A stretch of 32,000 bases of DNA from Schaalia meyeri (GTDB lineage: Bacteria > Actinomycetota > Actinomycetes > Actinomycetales > Actinomycetaceae): assembly GCF_900105015.1 (NCBI RefSeq), contig NZ_FNLK01000005.1:270001-302000 (forward strand), written 5' to 3'. Under the pieces are notes generated by a model. It searched no databases and had not been told where the DNA came from. It saw nothing but the letters and a program-made list of their open reading frames with translations. Positions 7,769 to 15,559 of this stretch are shown piece by piece (the first letter of the stretch is position 1; each line of letters opens with the position of its first letter). The position numbers and the translations under genes are program-made.

Positions 7769-8707
7769 TCAGCCGTCAATTCCCTCTGGCGCCCACTCGC
7801 CCCCATTCCACAGGAGCAGAACGCTCCTGCCGTCCTCGAGTGCGGCACGCATGTAGGCGCGGGGAGATCCTTTGCCCACCGGGCCATCACGATACGGCTG
7901 CGCGGATCGCACCCTCCCTGCACGTAGGGAACCAGGAGAGCATCCGGCCCCGCATTGCCTGTATGCGCATGGCGCTGCGCGACACATCCCGTTCTCGGTT
8001 TCCCCTTCCCCACAACGAGGCTGCGCGATTGCCGGACTCGGGAGCGCACGCAGTCAGGCAGATCGAATGCACCTTGCCCCAGGCCCCTCAACGCCCGTCA
8101 TCCATCCGGCCAGAGTCCACCTCACCCGGAGCACGACATCGGCGTGAACCGACAGATCGCACCCACTCCACGTGCGGCTGCGCTGGCCTCCCCCGGTATC
8201 CTCCACGTCAATGCGCAGCGTCTGCGACACCAATCCAGACTCAAACAGCCGATGGGACAGGTCCGTGGCTCCCCGAACGATAGGGACACTCATCGTGTCA
8301 ATACGATCACCGCCCCCATCGACGCCCACAGCCTCCTCAACCGCATCCACCAGCATTGATACCACGCGTTCTTCACCGCCCGCCCACCGGGCGGGGCCCT
8401 GAGCACGACATCTGGCCGCTCCGGGACGCAGGCATTCGACCCCGGCGGCAATCGTGTCGAATGCGTCGATGACGGCGCTAAAGGCCCTGGCTTCCCGGTC
8501 CTGGTCACGCGCCAGGCATGCGAGATCTGGGCACAGATACGTTGCTTCCCTCGCGCTCATACCGGCCCGGACGCCAGCGCGCCTGGCCGCCGCGCTGGCG
8601 ACGTCGATCCGTTCACCGTGTACAACGGCCCCACACCCGCTGGGCGGCAGGTCACCCACCAGGCAGTTCACGGGCCAATCAGGCACACACAGCACCATGT
8701 AGCGCAT
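7769..8707 (-). pseudogene. imuB: imuB (Y-family polymerase-like mutasome subunit) remnant with frameshifts and internal deletions
   Basis: The N-terminus MRYMVLCVPDWPV...AAARRAGVRAGMSAREATYLCPDL...DQDREARAF...LRPG is ImuB-like. ImuB-like segments then continue in three other reading-frame pieces: SLWGRGNRERDVSRSAMRIQAMRG in ORF 7887..8072, GPDALLVPYVQGGCDPRSRIV in ORF 7738..8091, and ALEDGRSVLLLWNGGEWAPEGIDG-stop in ORF 7769..7987. That is about 313 codons versus roughly 500 in intact ImuB. Confidence 0.7.
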
Positions 8708-9196
8708 TTACACCGCCAACCGAATCTCGTTGCTGCCGTTCACGCAGCGTGAGATACCCGGCCACATCTGCAGCGTCACGATGGTGTGCCCCAAAGAGCG
8801 TGCGCGAGCGGCAAAAACGCGACATTCATCCCGCCTGAGCTCAGGCAGATCCAGGCATACGACGTCGCACGCATCCATCAGCAGGGCGCACAACTCGCCG
8901 GCATGTGCCGCCTGCCCGGTGTTGAGGACCAGCACGCGGCCCAGATCCATCCCCTGCTGTGCAGCCCATTCCCAGCCGATGTCACTCACCCCGCACAGAC
9001 CGATCCATCCTCCGGGAGGGCACGTATCGATGAGCAGGCGGATCAGGGTCGGTCTCTCTGCGGGGCCGAGGAGCACGGGAGCCAGCGTCCTCGCGCGGAT
9101 CTGCTCAGCCTCGACCCGCGTTTGCAGGCCGACTAAGCTTTCGTCGATACGCAAAGCCTCGCGGGCCTTGAGCAGCCGTATGCTCGAGTTGGACAC
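8708..9196 (-). CDS. imuA': ImuA' (RecA/SulA-fold SOS mutasome accessory protein)
   Basis: 162-aa ORF directly abutting imuB, with its stop adjacent to the imuB start. It has a RecA-like core without a Walker A motif (WIGLCGVSDIGWEWAAQQGMDLGRVLVL...DVVCLDLP). The GTG start is preceded by GGGGAGGGG, and a LexA box lies 17 nt upstream. Confidence 0.65.
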   Translation of the reverse strand: MSNSSIRLLKAREALRIDESLVGLQTRVEAEQIRARTLAPVLLGPAERPTLIRLLIDTCPPGGWIGLCGVSDIGWEWAAQQGMDLGRVLVLNTGQAAHAGELCALLMDACDVVCLDLPELRRDECRVFAARARSLGHTIVTLQMWPGISRCVNGSNEIRLAV

Positions 9197-9212
9197 ACCC
9201 CTCCCCTACATG

Positions 9213-9228
9213 TAGAACACCTGTTCTA
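9213..9228. promoter_or_regulatory. LexA operator (GAAC-N4-GTTC core), palindrome TAGAACACCTGTTCTA
   Basis: Perfect inverted hexamers TAGAAC/GTTCTA with a 4-nt spacer lie immediately upstream of imuA'. TATAGA (minus strand) and TATAAG (plus strand) -10-like hexamers overlap the box ends. Confidence 0.7.
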
Positions 9229-9325
9229 TAAGGTATAGCGTAGAACCCTGCTCACACATCTGCGTCCCGATCGTCGATTACGGGCGGATGCGCCACAATG
9301 GAAACAGATCAGGATAGGAGCAAGC

Positions 9326-9853
9326 ATGCACATCGATTCTCGCCCCCTCGCGCCGACCCCCTACGACGGCTTGGACGTGCCCACTTTCGTGCTATCGTCG
9401 CACACCCTGACCGACGGCACGCGAATGCCCGCCTCTGCGACCGCTGAGGGAGGCTCCCTCTCCCCCGACCTCACGTGGGACGGATTCCCCTTGGAAACAG
9501 CGAGCTTCATGGTGACTTGCTTCGACCCGGATGCTCCCACGCCATCGGGCTGGTGGCACTGGGCGGTACTGGACGTTCCCGCATCTATGACCCACTTGGA
9601 TGCAGGTGCGGGAGCTTCCGACCTCACGCTGGCGGGCCCCGCGTTTCACCTCCGAGGGGATGCGGGTGACGCTTCATACTTCGGGGCGGCCCCACCCGTC
9701 GGTGACCGTCCCCACCGCTACGTTTTCACCGTCCACGCGCTCGACGTGGACACCCTGGGACTCGACGATGATGCAACCCCAGCACTGGCCTCGTTCGCGG
9801 CGCTCGACCACACGATCGCACGCGCGTCCCTGACCGTGACCTACCAGGCCTGA
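9326..9853 (+). CDS. YbhB/YbcL-family Raf-kinase-inhibitor-like protein (PEBP)
   Basis: PEBP signatures CFDPDAPTPSGWWHW and GDRPHRYVFTVHALD are present. RBS is TAGGAG. Confidence 0.9.
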   Translation: MHIDSRPLAPTPYDGLDVPTFVLSSHTLTDGTRMPASATAEGGSLSPDLTWDGFPLETASFMVTCFDPDAPTPSGWWHWAVLDVPASMTHLDAGAGASDLTLAGPAFHLRGDAGDASYFGAAPPVGDRPHRYVFTVHALDVDTLGLDDDATPALASFAALDHTIARASLTVTYQA

Positions 9854-9858
9854 GGATT

Positions 9859-10320
9859 ATGCTGCACGTCGTTTTCTGGGAACCCGAAATTCCGGGCAAC
9901 ACCGGCGCGGCGATCCGCTTGTCCGCGTGCACCGGTTCGATGCTTCACCTCGTCAGACCCTTGGGCTTTGACATGGATGACACAAAGCTTCGCCGCGCGG
10001 GCCTGGATTATCACGACCTGGCACACGTCACGGTGCACGACTGCCTGGATGAGGCTCTCGACCGAATCCCCGGGCGCGTCTGGGCGCTCACCGGCCACGC
10101 GAGCACCATGTATTCTGACGTGTCGTACGCAGACGGCGACGGCCTGCTTTTTGGGCGCGAATCCGTCGGACTCTCGAAAGAAGCCATGCATCACCCGCGC
10201 GTGGAAGATCGCCTCCGCATCCACATGGTTGAGGGAGTACGTTCGCTTAATTTGGCAAATTCCGCGTCGATCGTGCTCTACGAGGCGTGGCGCCAGCTCG
10301 GTTTCCCAGGCGGGCGATAG
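9859..10320 (+). CDS. trmL: tRNA (cytidine/uridine-2'-O-)-methyltransferase TrmL (SpoU/TrmH family)
   Basis: 153 aa. The N-terminus is HVVFWEPEIPGNTGAAIRL, and the SPOUT knot motifs are LLFGRESVGL and RSLNLANSASIVLYEAWRQ. Confidence 0.9.
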   Translation: MLHVVFWEPEIPGNTGAAIRLSACTGSMLHLVRPLGFDMDDTKLRRAGLDYHDLAHVTVHDCLDEALDRIPGRVWALTGHASTMYSDVSYADGDGLLFGRESVGLSKEAMHHPRVEDRLRIHMVEGVRSLNLANSASIVLYEAWRQLGFPGGR

Positions 10321-10346
10321 GCTCGGCGCCCCGGACGAGGCCGAGC
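10321..10346. terminator. Hairpin between convergent trmL and the membrane-protein gene
   Basis: GCTCGGC (10321-10327) pairs with GCCGAGC (10340-10346) around a 12-nt loop. There is no clear T tract. Confidence 0.3.
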
Positions 10347-10347
10347 T

Positions 10348-10872
10348 CTAGCTCCTCCACGGGGAGTTCGGGCGTTCGACCTGCTCGGCGAGCGAGACGA
10401 TTCTGCGCGGGTTGGAGCACCACATCCAAATGGTCCCAATGAACGAGACAACAAGGGGCAGATAGTAGAAATCCGCCCCGAATCCGGTCCACGCGGAGCG
10501 CGCGGAATTGAGTTCTTCGAGCCCCAGGGACGCGACCCAAAGGACGAGCGGCACGGCAATCGACAGGGCGATGGCTACCCAACCGACGATGCGCATGCGT
10601 CGTCCGTTATGGGTGAGAGCAATCGCGGCCACGAGGTAGTCCACACCCGCCAGGAGAGCAACGAGGCGAGGACCCCACGGCTGATCCTGCGCGTGAAAGA
10701 GATCGACAACGGCCATCATGAAGATCCATGCTCCCAGGAGCCAGAACAGCGCAATGATAATGCGGCCGAGCCCAAGCGATGGCGGGCGCTGGTCGCGCAC
10801 GCCGACGCCGTCGTCAGTTTTTCCATGTCCGTGCACGTCATCGATCCTACAGACACGCCCGATCTCTCGCAT
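10348..10872 (-). CDS. Hypothetical integral membrane protein (about 4 TM segments)
   Basis: The C-terminal two thirds of ORF 10348..11220 are strongly hydrophobic (IIIALFWLLGAWIFMMAVV, LVALLAGVDYLVAAIAL, IVGWVAIALSIAVPLVLWV, YYLPLVVSFIGTIWMW). ATG 10872 was chosen because the longer ORF would overlap lpdA. No family was recognised. Confidence 0.5.
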   Translation of the reverse strand: MREIGRVCRIDDVHGHGKTDDGVGVRDQRPPSLGLGRIIIALFWLLGAWIFMMAVVDLFHAQDQPWGPRLVALLAGVDYLVAAIALTHNGRRMRIVGWVAIALSIAVPLVLWVASLGLEELNSARSAWTGFGADFYYLPLVVSFIGTIWMWCSNPRRIVSLAEQVERPNSPWRS

Positions 10873-11052
10873 CGCATTCACCTGAGGGACAAGACTTCCC
10901 CCAACGGTTATGTGGCCCGATACATCGCACTGGATCGCCCAGCTCCAGGACAGCACTACGCAAACGTGGGACAATGGGCCTATAAGGACCGTGAGGTCCG
11001 TCATGAAATCAACCATCTGAGCGTCAGGCTCATCAACGAGGAGTTTTATACC

Positions 11053-12426
11053 TTGAGCGAATCGACCTACGACATCGTCATCCTGGGTGCGGGTTCCGGT
11101 GGCTATGCGACCGCCCTGCGGGCAGCGCAGCTGGGTATGACGGTTGCACTCATTGACGGAGATAAGGTGGGCGGGACTTGCCTTCACCGCGGGTGCATCC
11201 CCACCAAGGCATACCTGCATGCCGCAGAGACGGCTGAGGCCGTGCGTGAGTCCGCAAAGTTTGGCGTTTCCTCCACGTTTAACGGCATCGATATGGCGCA
11301 GGTTGGCGCGTACCGCGATTCGGTCGTCTCCGGCCTATACAAGGGCCTGCAGGGCCTGCTGAAATCCCGCAACGTAGAGATCATCTCCGGTTGGGCGCGC
11401 CTCGTGGATGCCAGCACCGTCGAGGTCAACGGACAGCCCATCACCGGCCGCGCCATCGTGCTGGCAACCGGCTCCTACTCCCGCTCAATCCCCGGTCTGG
11501 ATATCGGTGGACGAATCATCTCCTCCGATCAGGCGTTGCAAATGGATTGGGTCCCTTCCTCTGCTGTGATCCTCGGCGGCGGCGTTATCGGTCTTGAATT
11601 CGCATCCGTGTGGCGCAGCTTCGGTGCCGAGGTCACCATCATCGAGGCGCTACCCCACCTCGCCAACAACGAGGATGAGGCCATCTCGAAGCAGCTGGAA
11701 CGCGCGTACCGCAGGCGGGGCATCAGATTCCACACGAATACGCGCTTCGCCTCGGCCACGCAGGACGGCGGCGGCGTCCACGTGACCACCGAAGACGGCA
11801 GGGAATTCGATGCCGATGTTCTCCTGGTAGCCGTTGGTCGCGGTCCCGTCACTGAGGGGCTGGGCTACGAACAGGCGGGCGTCACTCTCGACCGCGGATT
11901 CGTTATCACCAACGAACGTCTGCACACCGGCGTCGGAAACATCTACGCAGTCGGAGACATTGTCCCCGGCTTGCAGCTCGCTCACCGCGGCTTCATGCAG
12001 GGCGTTTTCGTCGCCGAGGAAATCGCCGGGTTGAACCCGACCGTGCAGGCGGAGGTCAACATCCCGCGAGTGACCTTCTGCGAGCCCGAGATTGCTTCTG
12101 TCGGTATGACGGAGAAGCAGGCGCGCGAAAAGTACGGCGACCGGGTACGCACGGTCGAATACAGCCTCGCAGGAAACGGAAAGTCGTCTATCCTGGCCAC
12201 GTCGGGCCTCATCAAGCTGGTCTCGGTTGAGGACGGTCCGATCGTGGGCTTCCACGGAATCGGTGCGCGCATCGGCGAGCAGATCGGTGAAGGAGAGCTC
12301 ATGGTGAACTGGGAGGCCTTCCCCTCGGATGTCGCAGCCCTGATTCACGCACACCCCAGCCAGAACGAGTCACTCGGCGAGGCGGCTATGGCGCTGGCCG
12401 GTAAGCCCCTCCACGTCCACAACTGA
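11053..12426 (+). CDS. lpdA: Dihydrolipoyl dehydrogenase (E3)
   Basis: FAD motif DIVILGAGSGGY, redox-active disulfide GGTCLHRGCIPTK and C-terminal HAHPSQNE are present. TTG 11053 is preceded by GAGGAG. The upstream part of the 605-aa ORF has no homology-like character. Confidence 0.9.
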   Translation: MSESTYDIVILGAGSGGYATALRAAQLGMTVALIDGDKVGGTCLHRGCIPTKAYLHAAETAEAVRESAKFGVSSTFNGIDMAQVGAYRDSVVSGLYKGLQGLLKSRNVEIISGWARLVDASTVEVNGQPITGRAIVLATGSYSRSIPGLDIGGRIISSDQALQMDWVPSSAVILGGGVIGLEFASVWRSFGAEVTIIEALPHLANNEDEAISKQLERAYRRRGIRFHTNTRFASATQDGGGVHVTTEDGREFDADVLLVAVGRGPVTEGLGYEQAGVTLDRGFVITNERLHTGVGNIYAVGDIVPGLQLAHRGFMQGVFVAEEIAGLNPTVQAEVNIPRVTFCEPEIASVGMTEKQAREKYGDRVRTVEYSLAGNGKSSILATSGLIKLVSVEDGPIVGFHGIGARIGEQIGEGELMVNWEAFPSDVAALIHAHPSQNESLGEAAMALAGKPLHVHN

Positions 12427-12452
12427 CCACAGTTTTTATTAGGAGAACACAC

Positions 12453-13034
12453 ATGGCAACTTCAGTGACCATGCCCGCGTTGGGCGAGTCCGTCACCGAG
12501 GGCACCGTCACGACGTGGCTCAAGCAGGTCGGCGACGCCGTCGAGCTTGACGAGCCCATCGTTGAGGTGTCCACCGATAAGGTCGACTCCGAGGTCCCCT
12601 CCCCCGTTGCGGGTATTCTGCTCGAGATCCTGGTTCCCGAAGACGAGACCGTCGAGGTCGGTGCCGAGATCGCGCGCATCGGCGACGCGTCCGAGGCCGC
12701 CTCGACTCCGGCTCCCGCCGCCCCCAGCGCGGCAACTCCGACGGCTCCCGCCGCCCCCGTTAATCTATCAGCGGCCCCCGTTGTATCCGCGGCTGCCCAA
12801 GGCACCGAGGTGCGCATGCCCGCGCTGGGCGAATCCGTCACCGAAGGGACGGTCACGACGTGGCTGAAGGCTGTAGGGGACGCCGTTGACGCCGACGAGC
12901 CTCTGCTTGAGGTGTCCACCGATAAGGTCGACTCCGAGGTCCCCTCGCCGGTCGCAGGTTTCCTCTCTGAGATCCGCGTGGTCGAGGACGAAACCGTCGA
13001 GGTCGGAACTGTTCTTGCGATCATCTCCGCCACT
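12453..13034 (+). repeat. Tandem lipoyl-domain duplication inside sucB
   Basis: The domain copies lie at about 12453-12680 and 12804-13034. A 40-nt block is identical at 12562-12601 and 12907-12946. Confidence 0.85.
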
Positions 13035-14120
13035 GCGCCCTCTCAGCACGTTCAGCAGCAGGCGGCTCCGCTTGCGCCCGCAGCACCCGCCGCTCCTCCA
13101 ACGAATCCCGTTGATCCGTTCCCGAATGCCTCCACGCTCGCGTCAACCGCTTCGGCGGCACCAGTGGTGAAGACCCCCATAGTGGCGACGAGCACCGCGT
13201 ACGTCACCCCCATCGTGCGTAAGCTCGCTCGCGAACTCGGGGTCGACCTGGCCAGCGTGTCCGGTACGGGTGTTGGCGGTCGCGTGCGGCGCGAGGACGT
13301 TGAGGCCGCCGCTGCGCGCGCAACGGCCGTCGCCGAGGCCTCTGCCGCTGCTCCGGCTGCCTCAACTGCCCTAAAGACTGACGCTGTTCGCGAACCTTCA
13401 CCGCTGCGCGGCACCACCGAAAGCATGAGCCGTCTGCGTCAGACGATCGCCCGGCGTATGGTCGAGTCGCTCAAAACGGCTGCTCAGCTCACCACCGTCA
13501 TCGAGGTGGACGTCACCAAGGTCGCGGCCCTGCGTGCTCGCTCGAAGGACGCCTTTGCCGCCGCGCACGGCACGAAACTGACCTTCCTGCCCTTCTTCGT
13601 GAAAGCCGCGACGGAGGCGCTGGCATACCACCCGAAGATCAATGCGACCATCAACGATAACGAGGTCACCTATTTTGACTACGAACACGTAGGGATCGCC
13701 GTCGACACACCCCGCGGCCTGCTGGTTCCGGTCGTGAAGAATGCGGGCGACAGGGATATCGCGGGTATCGCGGCATCGATCAATGACCTGGCCGCTCGCA
13801 CACGCGGCTCAAAGATCGGCCCCGATGAGCTGTCTGGTTCGACCTTCACGGTGACGAACACCGGTTCCGGTGGCGCCCTCTTCGATACGCCTGTCCTCAA
13901 CATGCCCGAGACCGCGATCATGGGCGTTGGTGCGATCGTCAAGCGCCCTGTTGTCGTGAAGGCGACGGATGGCTCTGATACGATCGCGATCCGGTCAATG
14001 GTGTACCTGTCGCTTTCCTACGATCACCGTTTGGTGGATGGCGCTGACGCGTCACGCTTCCTCATGGATGTGAAGAAGCGTCTTGAGGAGGGAGCCTTCG
14101 AGCCCGACCTCGGGCTCTGA
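12453..14120 (+). CDS. sucB: Dihydrolipoamide succinyl/acyltransferase E2 with two lipoyl domains (SucB/DlaT)
   Basis: There are two MPALGESVTEGTVTTWLK...VSTDKVDSEVPSPVAG lipoyl domains with Ala/Pro linkers. The E3-binding domain is TPIVRKLARELGVDL. The catalytic domain has SLSYDHRLVDGA. Confidence 0.9.
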   Translation: MATSVTMPALGESVTEGTVTTWLKQVGDAVELDEPIVEVSTDKVDSEVPSPVAGILLEILVPEDETVEVGAEIARIGDASEAASTPAPAAPSAATPTAPAAPVNLSAAPVVSAAAQGTEVRMPALGESVTEGTVTTWLKAVGDAVDADEPLLEVSTDKVDSEVPSPVAGFLSEIRVVEDETVEVGTVLAIISATAPSQHVQQQAAPLAPAAPAAPPTNPVDPFPNASTLASTASAAPVVKTPIVATSTAYVTPIVRKLARELGVDLASVSGTGVGGRVRREDVEAAAARATAVAEASAAAPAASTALKTDAVREPSPLRGTTESMSRLRQTIARRMVESLKTAAQLTTVIEVDVTKVAALRARSKDAFAAAHGTKLTFLPFFVKAATEALAYHPKINATINDNEVTYFDYEHVGIAVDTPRGLLVPVVKNAGDRDIAGIAASINDLAARTRGSKIGPDELSGSTFTVTNTGSGGALFDTPVLNMPETAIMGVGAIVKRPVVVKATDGSDTIAIRSMVYLSLSYDHRLVDGADASRFLMDVKKRLEEGAFEPDLGL

Positions 14121-14131
14121 TCCTTTGACGC

Positions 14132-14174
14132 GACGCGATGGGGTGGGCCTCAAACGGGCCCACCCCATCGCGTC
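14132..14174. terminator. Bidirectional hairpin terminator between convergent sucB and the kinase-like gene
   Basis: Perfect 18-bp stem: GACGCGATGGGGTGGGCC (14132-14149) pairs with GGCCCACCCCATCGCGTC (14157-14174). The loop is 7 nt and T-rich sequence follows. Confidence 0.7.
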
Positions 14175-14221
14175 TGTGTCACTTTTCGGTACGCACCCGC
14201 AGCGGGCGCGCGTGGCGCGCC

Positions 14222-15559
14222 CTAGGCATGATCGGGTGCGGCGGAAACGACCTTGCGTGACGCTGGATCGACGCGCACGAGGAGATCCGTTGAGTCGGGG
14301 ACGCTGCCTTGTTCACACGTGTCCGCCCGACACGTTTCCGAGGTCAGCACCGTCAGTGTCGCTTGAGCTTCTATGGCATCGGATTCGCAGGAGCGAACGG
14401 TGATGTTGTCGACTGTGGACGACAGGGCCTTGACGCGCACGCCGTTAGCCAGCATGGTTTCGATGCGCTGGGTGTCCTGCGCGAGCAGCTCGCCCCCGAG
14501 CACGGATTCAAGGGACGCGGGGTCGCCATCAACCACGGCCTGGTCGCGAACCCGAATGGCGTGGTTGATAACGTCCCCCAGCGCGTCAGGGTCACACAGA
14601 CCGTCTTGTGACTGGGCGGTGTCACCCGACGCTTCGCTATCTGCACTCGCGTCCGCGCCCTCTTGTCGATTCGTGGCGCCCCACACCCCGTATCCAATGA
14701 TCAATAGCCCCGCGAGAATCGCGACGATGCCGAGCACCAGCAGTCCGATGCGCCTCTTGCGCCCCCGTTGCCATGCTCGCGGTCGCCCCACCGCGGCCGC
14801 ACTGTCTTTCTTCTTCCGTCGTGGCACTGCTTCGTCTTCGGTCACGGTGTCTTCGCGCAAAGCCGCGGCTCGCAGATCGGCTATCACCTGCTCGGGATCG
14901 ACGGGTTCGCGGCTGATAACGTGTTCTGGTGGGTCGTTCACGACCGGAGTCGTCCCCCGACCGATGGCCCCGGGGGTGTCCAGGCCGAACTCGGCCAGCG
15001 CCTCGTCCATTCCTAGAAGATGAGCGATCTGCCGGAGGCACGCACGGTCTCCGTCCATTCCGGATGCTTCAAGGCTCCATCCCGGCGTGCCCTCGCGCTC
15101 CCCCAGTTCATCAATGAGGTCAACGATCACAGCACGCCCCTCCGGCGTGATCATGATGTTCGCGGGTGTCAGGTCGCCGTGCGCGATTCCTGCTGCGTGC
15201 AGCGCACTCACGCCCGCTGCTATCCCCTCGAATATCTGACGCCGAGTGGCAATTGGGCGAAAATCGGGCGATCCCAGTTCAGTGTCCAGGCTTCGTCCGG
15301 CGACATAGTCTTGGACGAGCGCCCACCGACCGTCGTCTGAACGCACGACGTCTCGCAATCGGACGACGTGCCGCGATGTCACCGACGCCCAGGCCTTCCA
15401 TCGCGGAAGGAAACGGTCACCGTCGGCGGCCGAGCGCAATGCCAGCAAAGCGTCGCCCGCCGCCGTACGCGTCCTCCACAGGGGTCCCCTGGTGCCGATA
15501 TGGAAAACTTGGCCAATCTCGTATCCGCCGATATTCATACGTTCATTGTCCAAATTCAC
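14222..15559 (-). CDS. Membrane-anchored Ser/Thr-kinase-like protein with degenerate catalytic motifs (probable pseudokinase) and a Cys-containing extracytoplasmic domain
   Basis: The N-terminal region resembles a Hanks kinase (LVQDYVAGRSL hinge, IAHGDLTPANIMI catalytic loop, GTPGW). The beta-3 Lys position reads LALR, DFG reads DLI, and the C-lobe is truncated. A single TM segment (IGLLVLGIVAILAGLLIIGYGVW) spans about aa 271-293. The C-terminal roughly 150 aa contain 4 Cys. The start is GTG 15559 or ATG 15538. Confidence 0.7.
   Translation of the reverse strand: MNLDNERMNIGGYEIGQVFHIGTRGPLWRTRTAAGDALLALRSAADGDRFLPRWKAWASVTSRHVVRLRDVVRSDDGRWALVQDYVAGRSLDTELGSPDFRPIATRRQIFEGIAAGVSALHAAGIAHGDLTPANIMITPEGRAVIVDLIDELGEREGTPGWSLEASGMDGDRACLRQIAHLLGMDEALAEFGLDTPGAIGRGTTPVVNDPPEHVISREPVDPEQVIADLRAAALREDTVTEDEAVPRRKKKDSAAAVGRPRAWQRGRKRRIGLLVLGIVAILAGLLIIGYGVWGATNRQEGADASADSEASGDTAQSQDGLCDPDALGDVINHAIRVRDQAVVDGDPASLESVLGGELLAQDTQRIETMLANGVRVKALSSTVDNITVRSCESDAIEAQATLTVLTSETCRADTCEQGSVPDSTDLLVRVDPASRKVVSAAPDHA

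Noticed and set aside
7840-8283. 147-aa plus-strand ORF within the imuB remnant region
   Set aside because: It has no family resemblance, and the opposite strand carries traceable ImuB homology. It is probably a chance ORF.
10609-11052. N-terminal extension of about 148 codons on the lpdA ORF (605 aa in the track)
   Set aside because: The extension has no E3-like sequence and overlaps the minus-strand membrane-protein gene. The FAD-binding fold begins right after TTG 11053, which has a GAGGAG RBS.
10873-11220. Upstream 116 codons of ORF 10348..11220
   Set aside because: They would overlap the lpdA coding start. The segment is non-hydrophobic and junk-like, whereas the hydrophobic membrane protein begins after ATG 10872. 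The exact start remains uncertain.
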